From positions 3,713 to 67,712 of IMG/VR virus record IMGVR_UViG_3300037722_000699: a stretch of DNA of 64,000 nucleotides; one strand, 5' to 3'. The stretch is from a virus. A model generated the notes under the pieces. That model did no database searches and was not told the DNA's origin. It saw only the letters and a list, made by a program, of their open reading frames with translations. The translations under genes and the position numbers were made by a program. How positions within the stretch are numbered: position 1 is the stretch's first letter; each line of letters begins with the position of its first letter. This document shows, in pieces, positions 18,473 to 28,457 of the stretch.

Positions 18473-19372
18473 CTACTCCTTCGTCTCCACAGCCGCGATT
18501 TCTGCCTCCGCTGCCGCGACCTCGGCCGCCAGCACATCCCTCGTCTTGCCGGACGACGGAATGTTCAGCGCCTTGGCGCGCTTCTGCAGCTTGTTCCACT
18601 CGGATTCACGGCGGACGGGCTTCTGGCGCACCTTCGCGGCGGGCTTGGCCGGGGCGTGAACATTCACGTCCGAGTCCGCCGTATCCGTGGGGACACTTGT
18701 CTCCAGCCCGGCCGCGCGGCGCAGAACCTCGACCAGCTCCTTGACCTGGGCGCGCTGGTCCGCCGTCATGAAAGCGACCTTCTGGAAAATCTCCAGCTCA
18801 TGCGCGCGCAAGAAATCAAGGTCGTCGCTCGATAGCACCACGGTATCGCCCACACCACCGGGCGGAAAATGGAACTGCTTGCCCGGAATCTGGGCATTGT
18901 CCATGCTGAGTTCCTGCGACCCACCAACCGGCCTGTAGGCCTCGAAGTTCGCCACGTCATGATCGTTGTCCAGCGCCCCACTGGCCAGTAACCTCAGGCG
19001 GATATTCTGCCACTCCAGCAGATTCGCCTTGTGGTTCTTCTCCCACGCCATGTGCTTGCCGACCGCACCGGGCGGATTTTTCCGCATTTCCGCAGCGGTC
19101 GGCATGGACTCGCGCATGTCTTCGCGCAACTGTTTCTCGCGCGCCTTGGCTCTATCGACCTCAAGCCCCTCGTAAGCCCTGGGGGACTGGACATCGAGCG
19201 ACTTGCGCAGCGCCTTGGCACGGCGGTGATACTCGCCGATATCCTCGATCTGCGCCCGGATGTGAGGCGGCGCAGTAAGGGTCCGTGAGATATTGTCGAT
19301 CTCTTCCTGCTCGGCCTCGACCTGACGCGGGCGCATCAAAGGCGTGGTGGTCTCGAATCTCTGCTCTTCCAT
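18473..19372 (-). CDS. Hypothetical head-region protein
   Basis: 299 aa with SD, in the late operon. Confidence 0.65.
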   Translation of the reverse strand: MEEQRFETTTPLMRPRQVEAEQEEIDNISRTLTAPPHIRAQIEDIGEYHRRAKALRKSLDVQSPRAYEGLEVDRAKAREKQLREDMRESMPTAAEMRKNPPGAVGKHMAWEKNHKANLLEWQNIRLRLLASGALDNDHDVANFEAYRPVGGSQELSMDNAQIPGKQFHFPPGGVGDTVVLSSDDLDFLRAHELEIFQKVAFMTADQRAQVKELVEVLRRAAGLETSVPTDTADSDVNVHAPAKPAAKVRQKPVRRESEWNKLQKRAKALNIPSSGKTRDVLAAEVAAAEAEIAAVETKE

Positions 19373-19387
19373 GATTGCTCCTTGCGG

Positions 19388-20056
19388 TCAGGCCGCCGTG
19401 GCGGTCTCACGCTCTTGCGTGTCGCCGTACAACTTCTCCGTCTCGGGGTCCTGCCAAGCAGACGAGTTGTCCAGCCTGAGAACGCCCTTCATGACGCTGG
19501 CGAGGATTTCCTGCGCTATCTTCTCGTTGGCAGACTGCTTGTAGCCATAGAGGGCCGTATGCCACGGGTAGGGCTTGATCAGCATCGAAGAATCGCTGAT
19601 CGCGATCTTGATTCCACGGCCCATCGCCTGGCCAACCCAGAAATCCAGGCAGGCCTTTTGCGGGAAATATTCCGTCGAAGCCCCGTAGCAGACGATATGA
19701 TGCAGGACGATGACGCTGGCCTTCTCCATGATCGCTTCCGCCAGCATGTAGGCCATGGTCGAGGTGTAGTAGTCGAAGCCGAAAGCCTTCCTGGCTTCCC
19801 TCAGCTTGAAAGACCGGCTCAAAGGCACCTCGGGATAGTGTCTCTGGCAAACGATCGGCACCTTCAGGCTGTTCACGGCCTCGATAAAGGCATCCCCGCG
19901 GACGCGATCGGCGTGTCCTGGCCAGAAGCGGTCCATGGCATAGACGCGGTCGCAATTCGGCTGAATCTGGAATGCGCCATTGACGCACCAGACTTCCGCG
20001 TCCTGCTTGTCGGCTTCCCAGGCGCCGATGCGCCCAACGAGGATGACCTTCTTCAT
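19388..20056 (-). CDS. Glycosyltransferase-29/MAF-like Rossmann-fold protein (putative)
   Basis: KKVILVG N-terminal strand, EVWCVN, and YYTSTMAYMLAEA...EYFPQKACLDFW motifs recognised from a phage family; assignment by eye. Confidence 0.45.
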   Translation of the reverse strand: MKKVILVGRIGAWEADKQDAEVWCVNGAFQIQPNCDRVYAMDRFWPGHADRVRGDAFIEAVNSLKVPIVCQRHYPEVPLSRSFKLREARKAFGFDYYTSTMAYMLAEAIMEKASVIVLHHIVCYGASTEYFPQKACLDFWVGQAMGRGIKIAISDSSMLIKPYPWHTALYGYKQSANEKIAQEILASVMKGVLRLDNSSAWQDPETEKLYGDTQERETATAA

Positions 20057-20976
20057 CAGGTCGAAAGCGTCGCCGGCAGAAGGATGCCGGATTCATCGAT
20101 GGCGTTGACAGCGTAGTTCTCCAGGCAGAAGCACGAGCCCGGATCGAGCAGGGTCGTGACATCCGCCGCCGAAAGGCCAGCGAGGCGGTTGTTCGCGATC
20201 ACACCCGTATGAGCCACATCGAAGTCGATGCCGTTTGCCGCATTGGTGGGATCGCGGTTGACCAGGATGTTGTCGGCGATCACCAGCCCGTTGCAAACCG
20301 CAGCATCGGAAGTCGACCCGATCATGTTCACGGCGAAATCGCCAAAGATCGCATTGCCGATGATCTTGGTATTGTCAGTATCGTCCAGGCGAATTGCCTG
20401 GTCGGCCCCCGCCGCGTCCTGGGCAGTCATTGTGCAGCCCAGCACTTGGCAGCGGTCCACGGCATCGATATCAAGGAACAGCAGGAAGTCGTCGCCGGTC
20501 GCGTCGAAGTTCCATTCGCAGTTGGCCAGCGTGACATCCGCCGCATCAACATTGACCGCGACCACCACGGCCGAGACACTGGCCAGGAAGCGGACGTTCT
20601 CGATATAGCTGTTGGCCGCGTCGATCTCGAACGCCCCGGCTGTGCCCGTATAGGTGAAGGTTGGCCGGGTCGTGCCGACACCGATGCCGATGACACGCAC
20701 GCCGGCAACGTCGATCACCGCGTCCGTGGCCGCGTCCAGGTTCTCACCATGGCCCGGCATCAGGAACACCATGTCGCCATTGTTGGCCGTGCACTTGTCC
20801 ATCGCACCGTTCAGGGTCGCCAGCGACTTGTCGGGCGAGGTGCCAAGGTTACTGTCACTGGCATTGGTGGCGCCGGAATCGACAAAGAAGACGCCGCCGG
20901 TCGTGAAGTGCGAGCCGGCACCGAGCTGCGGCATGCCGAAGCTCGAAACGCCATGGGGGAAATGTGTAAGAGGCAT
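20056..20976 (-). CDS. Right-handed beta-helix protein (head fibre/decoration candidate)
   Basis: VFFVDS...DSNLGTSPDKSLATL...GDMVFLMPGH N-cap followed by Asn/Ile/Asp ladder repeats. Confidence 0.7.
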   Translation of the reverse strand: MPLTHFPHGVSSFGMPQLGAGSHFTTGGVFFVDSGATNASDSNLGTSPDKSLATLNGAMDKCTANNGDMVFLMPGHGENLDAATDAVIDVAGVRVIGIGVGTTRPTFTYTGTAGAFEIDAANSYIENVRFLASVSAVVVAVNVDAADVTLANCEWNFDATGDDFLLFLDIDAVDRCQVLGCTMTAQDAAGADQAIRLDDTDNTKIIGNAIFGDFAVNMIGSTSDAAVCNGLVIADNILVNRDPTNAANGIDFDVAHTGVIANNRLAGLSAADVTTLLDPGSCFCLENYAVNAIDESGILLPATLST

Positions 20977-21070
20977 TGTATGGTCTCCAGACTAGGGACG
21001 TGCGCGCAAAGGCGGCCCGCCCGGGGAAATTGCATCCCCGCTTACCCGTAGTGATGACTTGTCCTGAGGC

Positions 21071-21259
21071 TCAGACGCCGTCCGACTTGGGATAGACCTG
21101 GGCGCGCTTCACGCCGCCGGAACGCTCCGGGCCTTTCTTGCCCGGCGCGCCCATGCCCGGAAAGGCCGGCTTCTCGTTGAATGCGGCCGTCTGCCCCGTG
21201 GTCTTCTTCGGGGACAGAGGGGGCGGCTTGCGCCCCCTCATCTCGGTTTCCTTAGGCAT
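21071..21259 (-). CDS. Small basic Pro/Lys-rich protein
   Basis: ATG 21259 overlaps the upstream gene end. Confidence 0.55.
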   Translation of the reverse strand: MPKETEMRGRKPPPLSPKKTTGQTAAFNEKPAFPGMGAPGKKGPERSGGVKRAQVYPKSDGV

Positions 21260-21464
21260 TATGGCCTCCCATCTTGCTATGATGGGCAGCCCCATTGAAC
21301 CGCTTCGGCGGCTTGCCGGGCAGTTCTTCGGACATCTGCTCGAACTGGTGCTTGCGCATGTCGGCGAACCGCTTGGCACGCTGCACGCGGGCGGGGTCCT
21401 TCTCGATCTCCTTGGCCCGGATCAGGACACTGAGATCGGATTCCGCTTCATAGTCGTCGTTCAT
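21252..21464 (-). CDS. Small capsid-adjacent protein (AESDL...KDPAR family)
   Basis: TGATG coupling to the capsid stop; an interrupted paralogue lies at 32559..32870. Confidence 0.65.
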   Translation of the reverse strand: MNDDYEAESDLSVLIRAKEIEKDPARVQRAKRFADMRKHQFEQMSEELPGKPPKRFNGAAHHSKMGGHNA

Positions 21465-22381
21465 CACGACACCAGCGCGCCGAGAACGAAGCGCCAGTTG
21501 CGGTGAGCATTCGCGTAACGCATGTATGCACGCCACTTGGCGACCAGGGTATCCAGGTCTTCCGCGAAGGCGAATTCGAGCGGGATGCGGTCGATCCAGA
21601 ACAGGCTGCGGCGGCGCGCGTTGCTGTCCATCAGGAACCAGTTGGACCCGTCGAGGTATTCCCACTCGACCAGCTTATAGGCGCCCTGGTGGACGTTGGG
21701 GTTGTTGTCGCCCGTGTCGAGCTTGCCCTGGCTGTTGATGATCTCCCACGCGGTCTCATAGAGACCAACGGGGTACATCAGCTCGTTGGGCATGACAGAG
21801 ATACGGCCGCCACGATCATTGCGGAAGCCCTTCATCTGGATACGGGCCGCCGCGAACGCCGTGGCTGACAGTGCGGACGTAGACAGGTTGTCGAAGCCGC
21901 TCGCCGTCGATGCCCCGGAAGTCGTGGTGTGCGAAGCACTGCACATGGCCACGCCTTCGGTGTTGTTGTAGAAATAGCTGTCGACCGAAAAGCCGTTGTT
22001 GAAGGGACGAGCCGCGTGCTTCTGGCGCGTCCGGTTCCCGGCATTGGCCAAGTTGGCCGGGCGCTGATCCATGATGTGATACTGGTCGTCGTCAAAGAGC
22101 TTGCGCCGGACCTGAAAGCCCGATGCGAACTCAATAGGCGTCGCCGTCGTATCATAGCCCTGGCTCAGCGAATCGTAGTCGACCGAACCGTCGAACTCCG
22201 AGAAGTCGCCGAAGTCGCCGACTTCCGACCAGCGCATGTCTTCGCGGCCGTTCGTCGGCGGTGTGGTGTAAAGCCTCGGAACCATGTCGGGCAGTTCGTC
22301 GTACTCGGCATGGAAGATCATCTGGAAACGAGGGTCCAGGAGATCGCCAAAGCTTTCGGATGTTGCGGGATTTACTGGCAT
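21464..22381 (-). CDS. Major capsid protein (HK97 fold, Mu gpT-like)
   Basis: 305 aa; FGDLLDP, YDSLSQGY, FDDDQY and WFLMDS...KWRAYMRY motifs; follows the scaffold and decoration genes. Confidence 0.85.
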   Translation of the reverse strand: MPVNPATSESFGDLLDPRFQMIFHAEYDELPDMVPRLYTTPPTNGREDMRWSEVGDFGDFSEFDGSVDYDSLSQGYDTTATPIEFASGFQVRRKLFDDDQYHIMDQRPANLANAGNRTRQKHAARPFNNGFSVDSYFYNNTEGVAMCSASHTTTSGASTASGFDNLSTSALSATAFAAARIQMKGFRNDRGGRISVMPNELMYPVGLYETAWEIINSQGKLDTGDNNPNVHQGAYKLVEWEYLDGSNWFLMDSNARRRSLFWIDRIPLEFAFAEDLDTLVAKWRAYMRYANAHRNWRFVLGALVS

Positions 22382-22396
22382 CTCTAGGCCCTCCTA

Positions 22397-23107
22397 TCAG
22401 GTGCCGGCGCCGAAGGCATGATCATTCGAGAGCATGAATGCCCAGGAATGAGTCGTGCCTTCCTCGCCCTTGCTGCCGAGCAACTGCTTCAGGATGCGGA
22501 AAGCCGCCCCCGAAGTGTTCTCGGCCACGCTGGCGTCCAGCTCGATGAAGTCGCCGGTGAGCGTCACGCCCGCCACATCGGCCTCGAAGCGGTTGACGAT
22601 CAGGAACTCGTCGCCGACGTCGATGTCGTGACGGAACGGGATCGCCACCGTAGCCGTGACGGACGAGGTGGCGGTGATCTTGCGATACTGGCCCACGTTC
22701 GCGCCCGAGTAGCCCCAGATCGTGCCGTCCTCCATGTCGGGAGACGCCACGCTGCTATCGAGGATCACCGAGGTGCCGGCCCCATCCGCGGTCACCACCG
22801 TGAAGGGAGCGAGCGCGACCCCGGTCGTACCGGAGCCAGCCCAGCGGGCCTTGATGATGGCGTCGGGGTTGACGATCACGCCAAGACGCTCGGCCGGATC
22901 GGCGGTTGCACTCTGGGCGGTGTTGTAGGTCGCGGTATCGACGGTGATACCCACCATGTCGGCCGCGCCTGTCGTGGACGGAAGATCGACGCCTGCAGTC
23001 GTGTTGGCCGCGATGAGAGCCGGCACACCCACGTTCGCAAAGGTCTCTTCCACCATGTAATGCTGGATGACGGCCGCGCCGCCAGACAGCAGACCACTGA
23101 CTTCCAT
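22397..23107 (-). CDS. Capsid decoration/cement protein candidate
   Basis: Ala/Gly/Thr/Val-rich, VIVNPDAIIKA motif, directly upstream of the capsid gene. Confidence 0.55.
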   Translation of the reverse strand: MEVSGLLSGGAAVIQHYMVEETFANVGVPALIAANTTAGVDLPSTTGAADMVGITVDTATYNTAQSATADPAERLGVIVNPDAIIKARWAGSGTTGVALAPFTVVTADGAGTSVILDSSVASPDMEDGTIWGYSGANVGQYRKITATSSVTATVAIPFRHDIDVGDEFLIVNRFEADVAGVTLTGDFIELDASVAENTSGAAFRILKQLLGSKGEEGTTHSWAFMLSNDHAFGAGT

Positions 23108-23108
23108 G

Positions 23109-23408
23109 TCAGGTCTCCTTGATGAAGAGCGTGCACCGGGTCAGGGGGTTGCGGCACCCATCACAGGGTCCCGTTACCCAGGTCTGTCCCGGCCACAAGG
23201 ATTTGCGGGAATAGCCGTGCCGTCTCGCCGCGAACTTGTGTTCGCAGAAGCTACAGAGCGTGATCGCCTTGCCGAGCGCTACCAAGTCGGCGATGAAGCC
23301 ACCAGCCAGTCTGCGGCTGGAAAGCTTCTTCGGCGCCAAGTGGCGGGTTTTCTGCTGCGCGTTCCCGAGCCAGGCCCGAAGATCGCTGAAGTCGAAGCCT
23401 GGACGCAT
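23109..23408 (-). CDS. Small Cys-containing hypothetical protein
   Basis: CSFC and CDGC pairs; coupled. Confidence 0.55.
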   Translation of the reverse strand: MRPGFDFSDLRAWLGNAQQKTRHLAPKKLSSRRLAGGFIADLVALGKAITLCSFCEHKFAARRHGYSRKSLWPGQTWVTGPCDGCRNPLTRCTLFIKET

Positions 23409-24175
23409 TACGTCCGCGCTCCGGCCCTTTCGCGTGGCTTAGCATAGGCCAGCTCGTCCTGAACCGCTTTCCAGTCCGGATAGAGCTTTCCAGGCCCGAC
23501 GCGCTGAGCATAGTGCTCTATCTGCCGCTCCGTCAGTTCCTTCGGGATACCGCCCGTGCGGAAGCCATTATTGCCTTGGCCGCCGCCGGCAGACCCGTCC
23601 TGAAAAGCCTCGGTGGTGCGCTTGCCACGCTGGAGCCTGTCCGCCGGCCCGAGAACCGTCCGCAGCGCCACCAGTTCGGTGACATAGCTGTCGGGACTCC
23701 CAAGCTCGACCAGGCTCCGGTATTCCGCAGCGATCTTTCCACGCAGCTCCGTTCCATCATCGAAAGCATCCGGAGCAAGCGCCTTGTAGGATGCCATCTC
23801 GGCGTTGTGACGCTCGACACGGCGGTCCTCTTCGGACTTGCTCCGGACCTGTTCGGAAACTCGCTGGCTGATCCGCTCTTCGCTCTGACGGTAAAGGATT
23901 TCGTCCATCTCGTCTTGCGAGATCACGCCTTCCTCGACCTCACGGCGAAGCTCTGCACGACTACGATTCTTCGGCACTTCCGCAACCGTTTTGACCGGCT
24001 GCTTCAGGGCCGCCAATTCCCCTTCCAGGCGGGCCAACTTAATGTCCGCATCGCGTTTGACCGAAGCGATCATGTCGTCGACCCTGGACTTGGGGATTCG
24101 GTCTTCGTCACGGGTGCCGTCCCCGTTTCCGCCTTCGGCTACCTGGCCATCAGCGGTCTGTTCATTCTCAGGCAT
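23408..24175 (-). CDS. Head scaffolding protein
   Basis: Acidic/coiled-coil, DRIPKSRVDDM motif, between portal and capsid genes, AAGGAG SD. Confidence 0.65.
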   Translation of the reverse strand: MPENEQTADGQVAEGGNGDGTRDEDRIPKSRVDDMIASVKRDADIKLARLEGELAALKQPVKTVAEVPKNRSRAELRREVEEGVISQDEMDEILYRQSEERISQRVSEQVRSKSEEDRRVERHNAEMASYKALAPDAFDDGTELRGKIAAEYRSLVELGSPDSYVTELVALRTVLGPADRLQRGKRTTEAFQDGSAGGGQGNNGFRTGGIPKELTERQIEHYAQRVGPGKLYPDWKAVQDELAYAKPRERAGART

Positions 24176-24220
24176 CGCTACGCTCCTTGGATTGCGGCGG
24201 GGGAACCGCGTTACGCCCCT

Positions 24221-24652
24221 CTAGTTCTGACCACCGCCGTTTAGGCCTCGGTCAGACGGCCGCTCGGAGGAAAGCGGCAATTCCGGGAGACGGGCCAGCA
24301 CGCCCCGGGCTTCCTCGCCCGAGCGCTTCAGGTCCGCCGGTATCTCGATAACGGCGCGCAGGATGTTGGCGCGCTCACGACAGAGCAAAGCCAACAGCCG
24401 GGCCTGCTCGACATCGGGGCGCGACAGCGCCGTGTCGTAAAGACGTGACAAACAGGCCTCAGCGGCACGCTCGGTCTCTTCAAGCGCTGCCTGCATGAGC
24501 CTGAGGAACAAGTCCCAATTCGGATCGCCGGTCAGTTGCTCGGCCGCTACTTCGGCCTGCTCCAGCCATTGCAGGACCGGCTTCTGCGCCTGCTGACGTT
24601 CCTGAGCCCTGCGTTCAGACAGGGCCGTATAGTCGCCACGATCTATCGTCAC
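24221..24652 (-). CDS. Post-portal hypothetical protein
   Basis: Overlaps the portal stop; helical. Confidence 0.6.
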   Translation of the reverse strand: MTIDRGDYTALSERRAQERQQAQKPVLQWLEQAEVAAEQLTGDPNWDLFLRLMQAALEETERAAEACLSRLYDTALSRPDVEQARLLALLCRERANILRAVIEIPADLKRSGEEARGVLARLPELPLSSERPSDRGLNGGGQN

Positions 24653-26997
24653 TGCTCTTGCGGCCTGTTAGAGGGCAGAGTCTCGTCCAGCAGCTCATTC
24701 GGCTGCACCTGAGGCGGACCCTCCGGCGTCTGCGCCTGGCCCGACCCGTTGTCTGGCGTAGTACCCTGCTGACCACTCTGGAACCGCATCGCCGCTTGCT
24801 TACGCTCGGCCAGCCGCTGCTCCGCCTGTGCTGCCTCGCCCATCTGCTGCAGATAGACGCGGAATATCTCGACATGCTCTTCGCCGAAGATGCCGTACTG
24901 CTCCGATTGCTCGAATGCGACAAGCTTCTGCAGATGTTCAGCAGCTCCGCCCGGCTCGGCCGGCAGGCCATCGGGAATGCGGCCCTCCAAGATATCGGCG
25001 ATAGCTTCCTCCGCCATCAGGCGAGGCTTGTCGGCACCAGGGACTGGAGCAATCATGTAGCCACGCTCCGCAGCGTCCACACCCTGAGAACGCGCAAAAT
25101 CCCGCAACAGGCGGTAAGCCGTGTCAGGCGTGGTGATACCCATCGAAATGGCAAGCTCGGTCAGCATGACGTTCAGCAACGTCCCGAGCGACTGCTGGAG
25201 CTGGAAGCGCGAGGTGTTGAGCACGTTCGCCTTGAAATCGAACTCGTAGCCCCCCTCAAGATCGGCCTTCTTGACCGTCACATAGGGGTCTTTGCCGGCC
25301 GGCAGAGCGCCCATGACGCGGACTGCTTTCTCGTCCGGCAGAAACTTCCCGTTCAGGTCATGGATCAGCGACCAGACACCGCGCAGAATGTTGAAAAAGC
25401 GCCTCAGGATGCGCTCCGGCCGCGCTTCGCCCTGTCCGGTCAAAAGTGCCATATTGCCGGTTGTGCGCAACGCTGCACTTCGTCCCGGCGGCACGCGGCC
25501 GAACTGGAGATCGCCGATCACGGACACGCGCTCGTTCATGCTGCCCAGCAGGGTGATGAGATTGATCCCGTAGGCCTGGGCATTGTTGTTCAACTGCGGG
25601 AAATACACGTCGCGCTGCGGGTCTCCGACCGGATAGCCTTCTCCGGGAGAAAGCTGCAGCACCTCGGGCCGCATCGAACTGGTCAGGCGATAGAAGAAGA
25701 ACGGCGCATTTGTGATCGTGCCAGCGTCGACCATCTGGTCATAGGTCGTCTTGACCGCATCGTGGACGCCCTCCAGCATCTCCAGCAGCGAAATGCCCGC
25801 GTAGCGCCCCTTTACGGGGAGAAAGGACCCGCCTTCAAGCGGCCGGCGCGGCCTGCCGAAAGGAAACACCTCGGTCAGCAGCTTGGCGCGCACCAGAATC
25901 TTGGGCTCCAGCAGCACCCACCACACGACATCCTCGGCCTTGCCGTCGCCGTCAACATCATGCATGTCGAAACAAAGCAGCAATGTCAGGCTGCGCTGCG
26001 GGGCTGGTTCCGGCTCCGTGTTGCCGTCATCGGTCCTGGCGTCCGCCGGGGTGTTTTCCTGCACGCCCTGAAGCACGTCTTTCTGCTCTTTCGATTCCTC
26101 GTCCGAATCCGACCGGATGTGCCCAGCCAACTCCTTCACCTCTTCGGTCGTCATCAGATCGTAGTAGCCGGACTTCTGGTTGCGCACGATCTCATCGACC
26201 GTGATGTCGGAAAAGCGCAGAATGACATGCGGTGCACCACCGGGATTGGACGGTCCCGGTATCTGCAGGTTGGCGGACCTCACCGGGTAGAGAACGTCGT
26301 CGTAATCCTTCACGATCAGGCAGGGGCCGTCATAGACCACGGCCTCGCGCTCGCGCAGCATCTCAATGCCGTCATCGTCGCGCGTGAAAAAACGGACCCG
26401 TTCCTCGCCGACCTTCCAGTCCCAGCCATCCGTGCGGCCATCGGGAGTGCCGCGCTCGCCCGCGAATTCCTGGCGAATCAGACCGTCGAAATATTCCTCC
26501 GGTTCCAACTCGTCGGGCAGCGGGTCGAAGGTCTTGGTCTCGACCGCTTCGCGCATTTCCTTCACCCAGGGCACGAAGATCGTGGCCGCCGGGTCATTCA
26601 CGAAAGCATCGGCCAGATCACCGACCTTGGTCTCGCCCGCTTGCTCGACAAAAACCTGATAGTCGATCAGCTTGTCGATCGCCTCTTCGTGGTCGGTCTT
26701 GGTCCCGCGCACCGCGGCGGCATTGATCGGCGGCCGCGTGGACATGACGGCGTTGTGCAGCGTGTCCTGCACGCGCAGGGATTTCTCCATCATGTCCGGC
26801 AGCGCGATATCGGACGCATTGGGCCATGGCCAATCCTTGCCTTCCGTCCACATGCGGAACTTGGCGTAACGCTGAATCTGCTTGTCGCGCTCGCCCGAGC
26901 GATCATCGAGATCGTCATTGAAAAGCTGGATCACGCGCGCCGCGACCCTGCCGCGATCGAACGTGAAGAGTGCCTTGCGCGGACGCTTGCGGGCCAT
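24649..26997 (-). CDS. Portal protein (P22-like)
   Basis: 782 aa downstream of terL; YAGISLLEML..., PGEGYPV and RTTGNM motifs; long helical C-terminus. Confidence 0.85.
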   Translation of the reverse strand: MARKRPRKALFTFDRGRVAARVIQLFNDDLDDRSGERDKQIQRYAKFRMWTEGKDWPWPNASDIALPDMMEKSLRVQDTLHNAVMSTRPPINAAAVRGTKTDHEEAIDKLIDYQVFVEQAGETKVGDLADAFVNDPAATIFVPWVKEMREAVETKTFDPLPDELEPEEYFDGLIRQEFAGERGTPDGRTDGWDWKVGEERVRFFTRDDDGIEMLREREAVVYDGPCLIVKDYDDVLYPVRSANLQIPGPSNPGGAPHVILRFSDITVDEIVRNQKSGYYDLMTTEEVKELAGHIRSDSDEESKEQKDVLQGVQENTPADARTDDGNTEPEPAPQRSLTLLLCFDMHDVDGDGKAEDVVWWVLLEPKILVRAKLLTEVFPFGRPRRPLEGGSFLPVKGRYAGISLLEMLEGVHDAVKTTYDQMVDAGTITNAPFFFYRLTSSMRPEVLQLSPGEGYPVGDPQRDVYFPQLNNNAQAYGINLITLLGSMNERVSVIGDLQFGRVPPGRSAALRTTGNMALLTGQGEARPERILRRFFNILRGVWSLIHDLNGKFLPDEKAVRVMGALPAGKDPYVTVKKADLEGGYEFDFKANVLNTSRFQLQQSLGTLLNVMLTELAISMGITTPDTAYRLLRDFARSQGVDAAERGYMIAPVPGADKPRLMAEEAIADILEGRIPDGLPAEPGGAAEHLQKLVAFEQSEQYGIFGEEHVEIFRVYLQQMGEAAQAEQRLAERKQAAMRFQSGQQGTTPDNGSGQAQTPEGPPQVQPNELLDETLPSNRPQEQ

Positions 26998-27368
26998 CAG
27001 GCGGCCTCTGCGAAGGGACCCGACGCCAGCACGCCGAGTGGCACATCACTGGCCAAGCGGGTGATCTCCGCGTCCTGGGCTTCCGCCTGTTTGGCCGTAA
27101 GTGTCCGCAATTGCCGCTCGAAAGCGAAGGCCTCCAGCACGGCCCGCCACAGATCGGGCATTCTCTGCGAAATGCCGGGCAGGCAACCACGGCACAGCGT
27201 CACGTCGACCATGCGCCCGCTCATCAGCACCAGCCGCGCTCTCAGTGCGCTATCCTCCGGCTTGCCGATACGCTGTGCGTCGCCCGCCTGCGGCCCATTG
27301 ACGAAACGCGTCAGAACCTCGAATTGCCGCTCGCCGCAAAGCACGCAGCACTCGATTTTGTTACGCAT
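26997..27368 (-). CDS. Zn-finger hypothetical protein
   Basis: CCVLC and CRGC pairs. Confidence 0.6.
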   Translation of the reverse strand: MRNKIECCVLCGERQFEVLTRFVNGPQAGDAQRIGKPEDSALRARLVLMSGRMVDVTLCRGCLPGISQRMPDLWRAVLEAFAFERQLRTLTAKQAEAQDAEITRLASDVPLGVLASGPFAEAA

Positions 27369-27822
27369 CGGCGAACGCTCTTACCTCTTCGGCCGACCAC
27401 TCATAAACACGGCGGCCATCCGGTAGCGTCTCAACACAATGCATCCCCAAAGAGTCGCACCACACCCACGCCTGGGGAAGGGCCTTGCTCCACATGGGGT
27501 TATCCGGACGAGCCTGGCATATTGCCTTGACTAACAAATTGCCGATTCCTCGTCGCTCCCAACCGTCGTAAACGGCCGTTAAGCATCGTTGCGTGCCTTT
27601 GTCGGTATCGCGCCACCTGCACGCACCGACAACAAACGCCGTGTTAGTGATTGCGACATAAGCCGAGCCCGTGTCGAACGACAGGGCGCGCCGCATTATA
27701 TCGGCGGCGGAATCTCTTTCCGGGACGCCGCCGACAATATTGTTCTCTACCGCTCTCTTGGCGAACCAATAGAAATCGCTGTTCTTTGGGGCTTGCACAA
27801 CAAACAAGTCATTGCTACGCAT
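27361..27822 (-). CDS. GNAT-family acetyltransferase
   Basis: ATG 27822; acetyl-CoA motif A VYDGWERRGIGNLLV. Confidence 0.7.
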   Translation of the reverse strand: MRSNDLFVVQAPKNSDFYWFAKRAVENNIVGGVPERDSAADIMRRALSFDTGSAYVAITNTAFVVGACRWRDTDKGTQRCLTAVYDGWERRGIGNLLVKAICQARPDNPMWSKALPQAWVWCDSLGMHCVETLPDGRRVYEWSAEEVRAFADA

Positions 27823-28042
27823 CCGGCAAAGCCTCCAGCTTGGCGCCGTACTCTTCGCGCAAGGCCGTCGCGCCGGTATCCCATTCACTTGCGAGCGCGG
27901 TGTGCAGGTCGTCGCGGGCCTGCATGTAGGCCTCGACAACAGCCTTGCAGGCATCGCAGTAGTCGCGCACCAGCACAATGCCGATCTTGTTCGGAGTCTC
28001 GACGGGCTGGCCGCAGCCGTCACAAGTGTTTTGGATCGCCAT
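27815..28042 (-). CDS. Small Zn-finger protein
   Basis: CDGC and CDAC pairs. Confidence 0.6.
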   Translation of the reverse strand: MAIQNTCDGCGQPVETPNKIGIVLVRDYCDACKAVVEAYMQARDDLHTALASEWDTGATALREEYGAKLEALPDA

Positions 28043-28208
28043 CGGGCTCACACCTCAAGAGAACTTTCATTTTGGCCCCGCAATCACACTGTCCAATTTG
28101 GACGGGCTCATTCGCAAAGCAACCCTCTTTGCCGGTCGGCACGCGCCGTACCTCGAAAAGCCGCGTCTTGCAGGCAGGGCAGTGCAGATAGCAGTCGGTG
28201 TCATGCAT
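28020..28208 (-). CDS. Small Zn-ribbon protein
   Basis: CPAC and CDC motifs. Confidence 0.5.
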   Translation of the reverse strand: MHDTDCYLHCPACKTRLFEVRRVPTGKEGCFANEPVQIGQCDCGAKMKVLLRCEPDGDPKHL

Positions 28209-28232
28209 TGTCTGCGCCCAGATAGCTGGCCA

Positions 28233-28457
28233 TCACGCTGCCTTCTTGTCCTCGACCGGCTCCACCAAGCCAAGCTCCAGTGCGTCAGCTCTGTTAATCA
28301 ACAGTTCAGCCGTCGCGTTGCGGCTCAGTGCGATCAGTATGCTGATGCAGTCCTGCCGGTGTTTGGTGACGTGAGGCTCATGCAGCCCGTCTATGCCTTC
28401 CTGCACAATGATGTCGCGGGTCAGACGGTAACGGACATTCTTATGACGCTTGCCCAT
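28233..28457 (-). CDS. Small hypothetical protein
   Basis: ATG 28457 in TGATG coupling. Confidence 0.55.
   Translation of the reverse strand: MGKRHKNVRYRLTRDIIVQEGIDGLHEPHVTKHRQDCISILIALSRNATAELLINRADALELGLVEPVEDKKAA

Noticed and set aside
24658-27426. 922-aa plus-strand ORF, and similar long antisense ORFs (102..1127, 5293..6675, 34279..35088)
   Set aside because: Shadow frames of real minus- or plus-strand genes in GC-rich DNA; no motifs and biased R/L/A composition.
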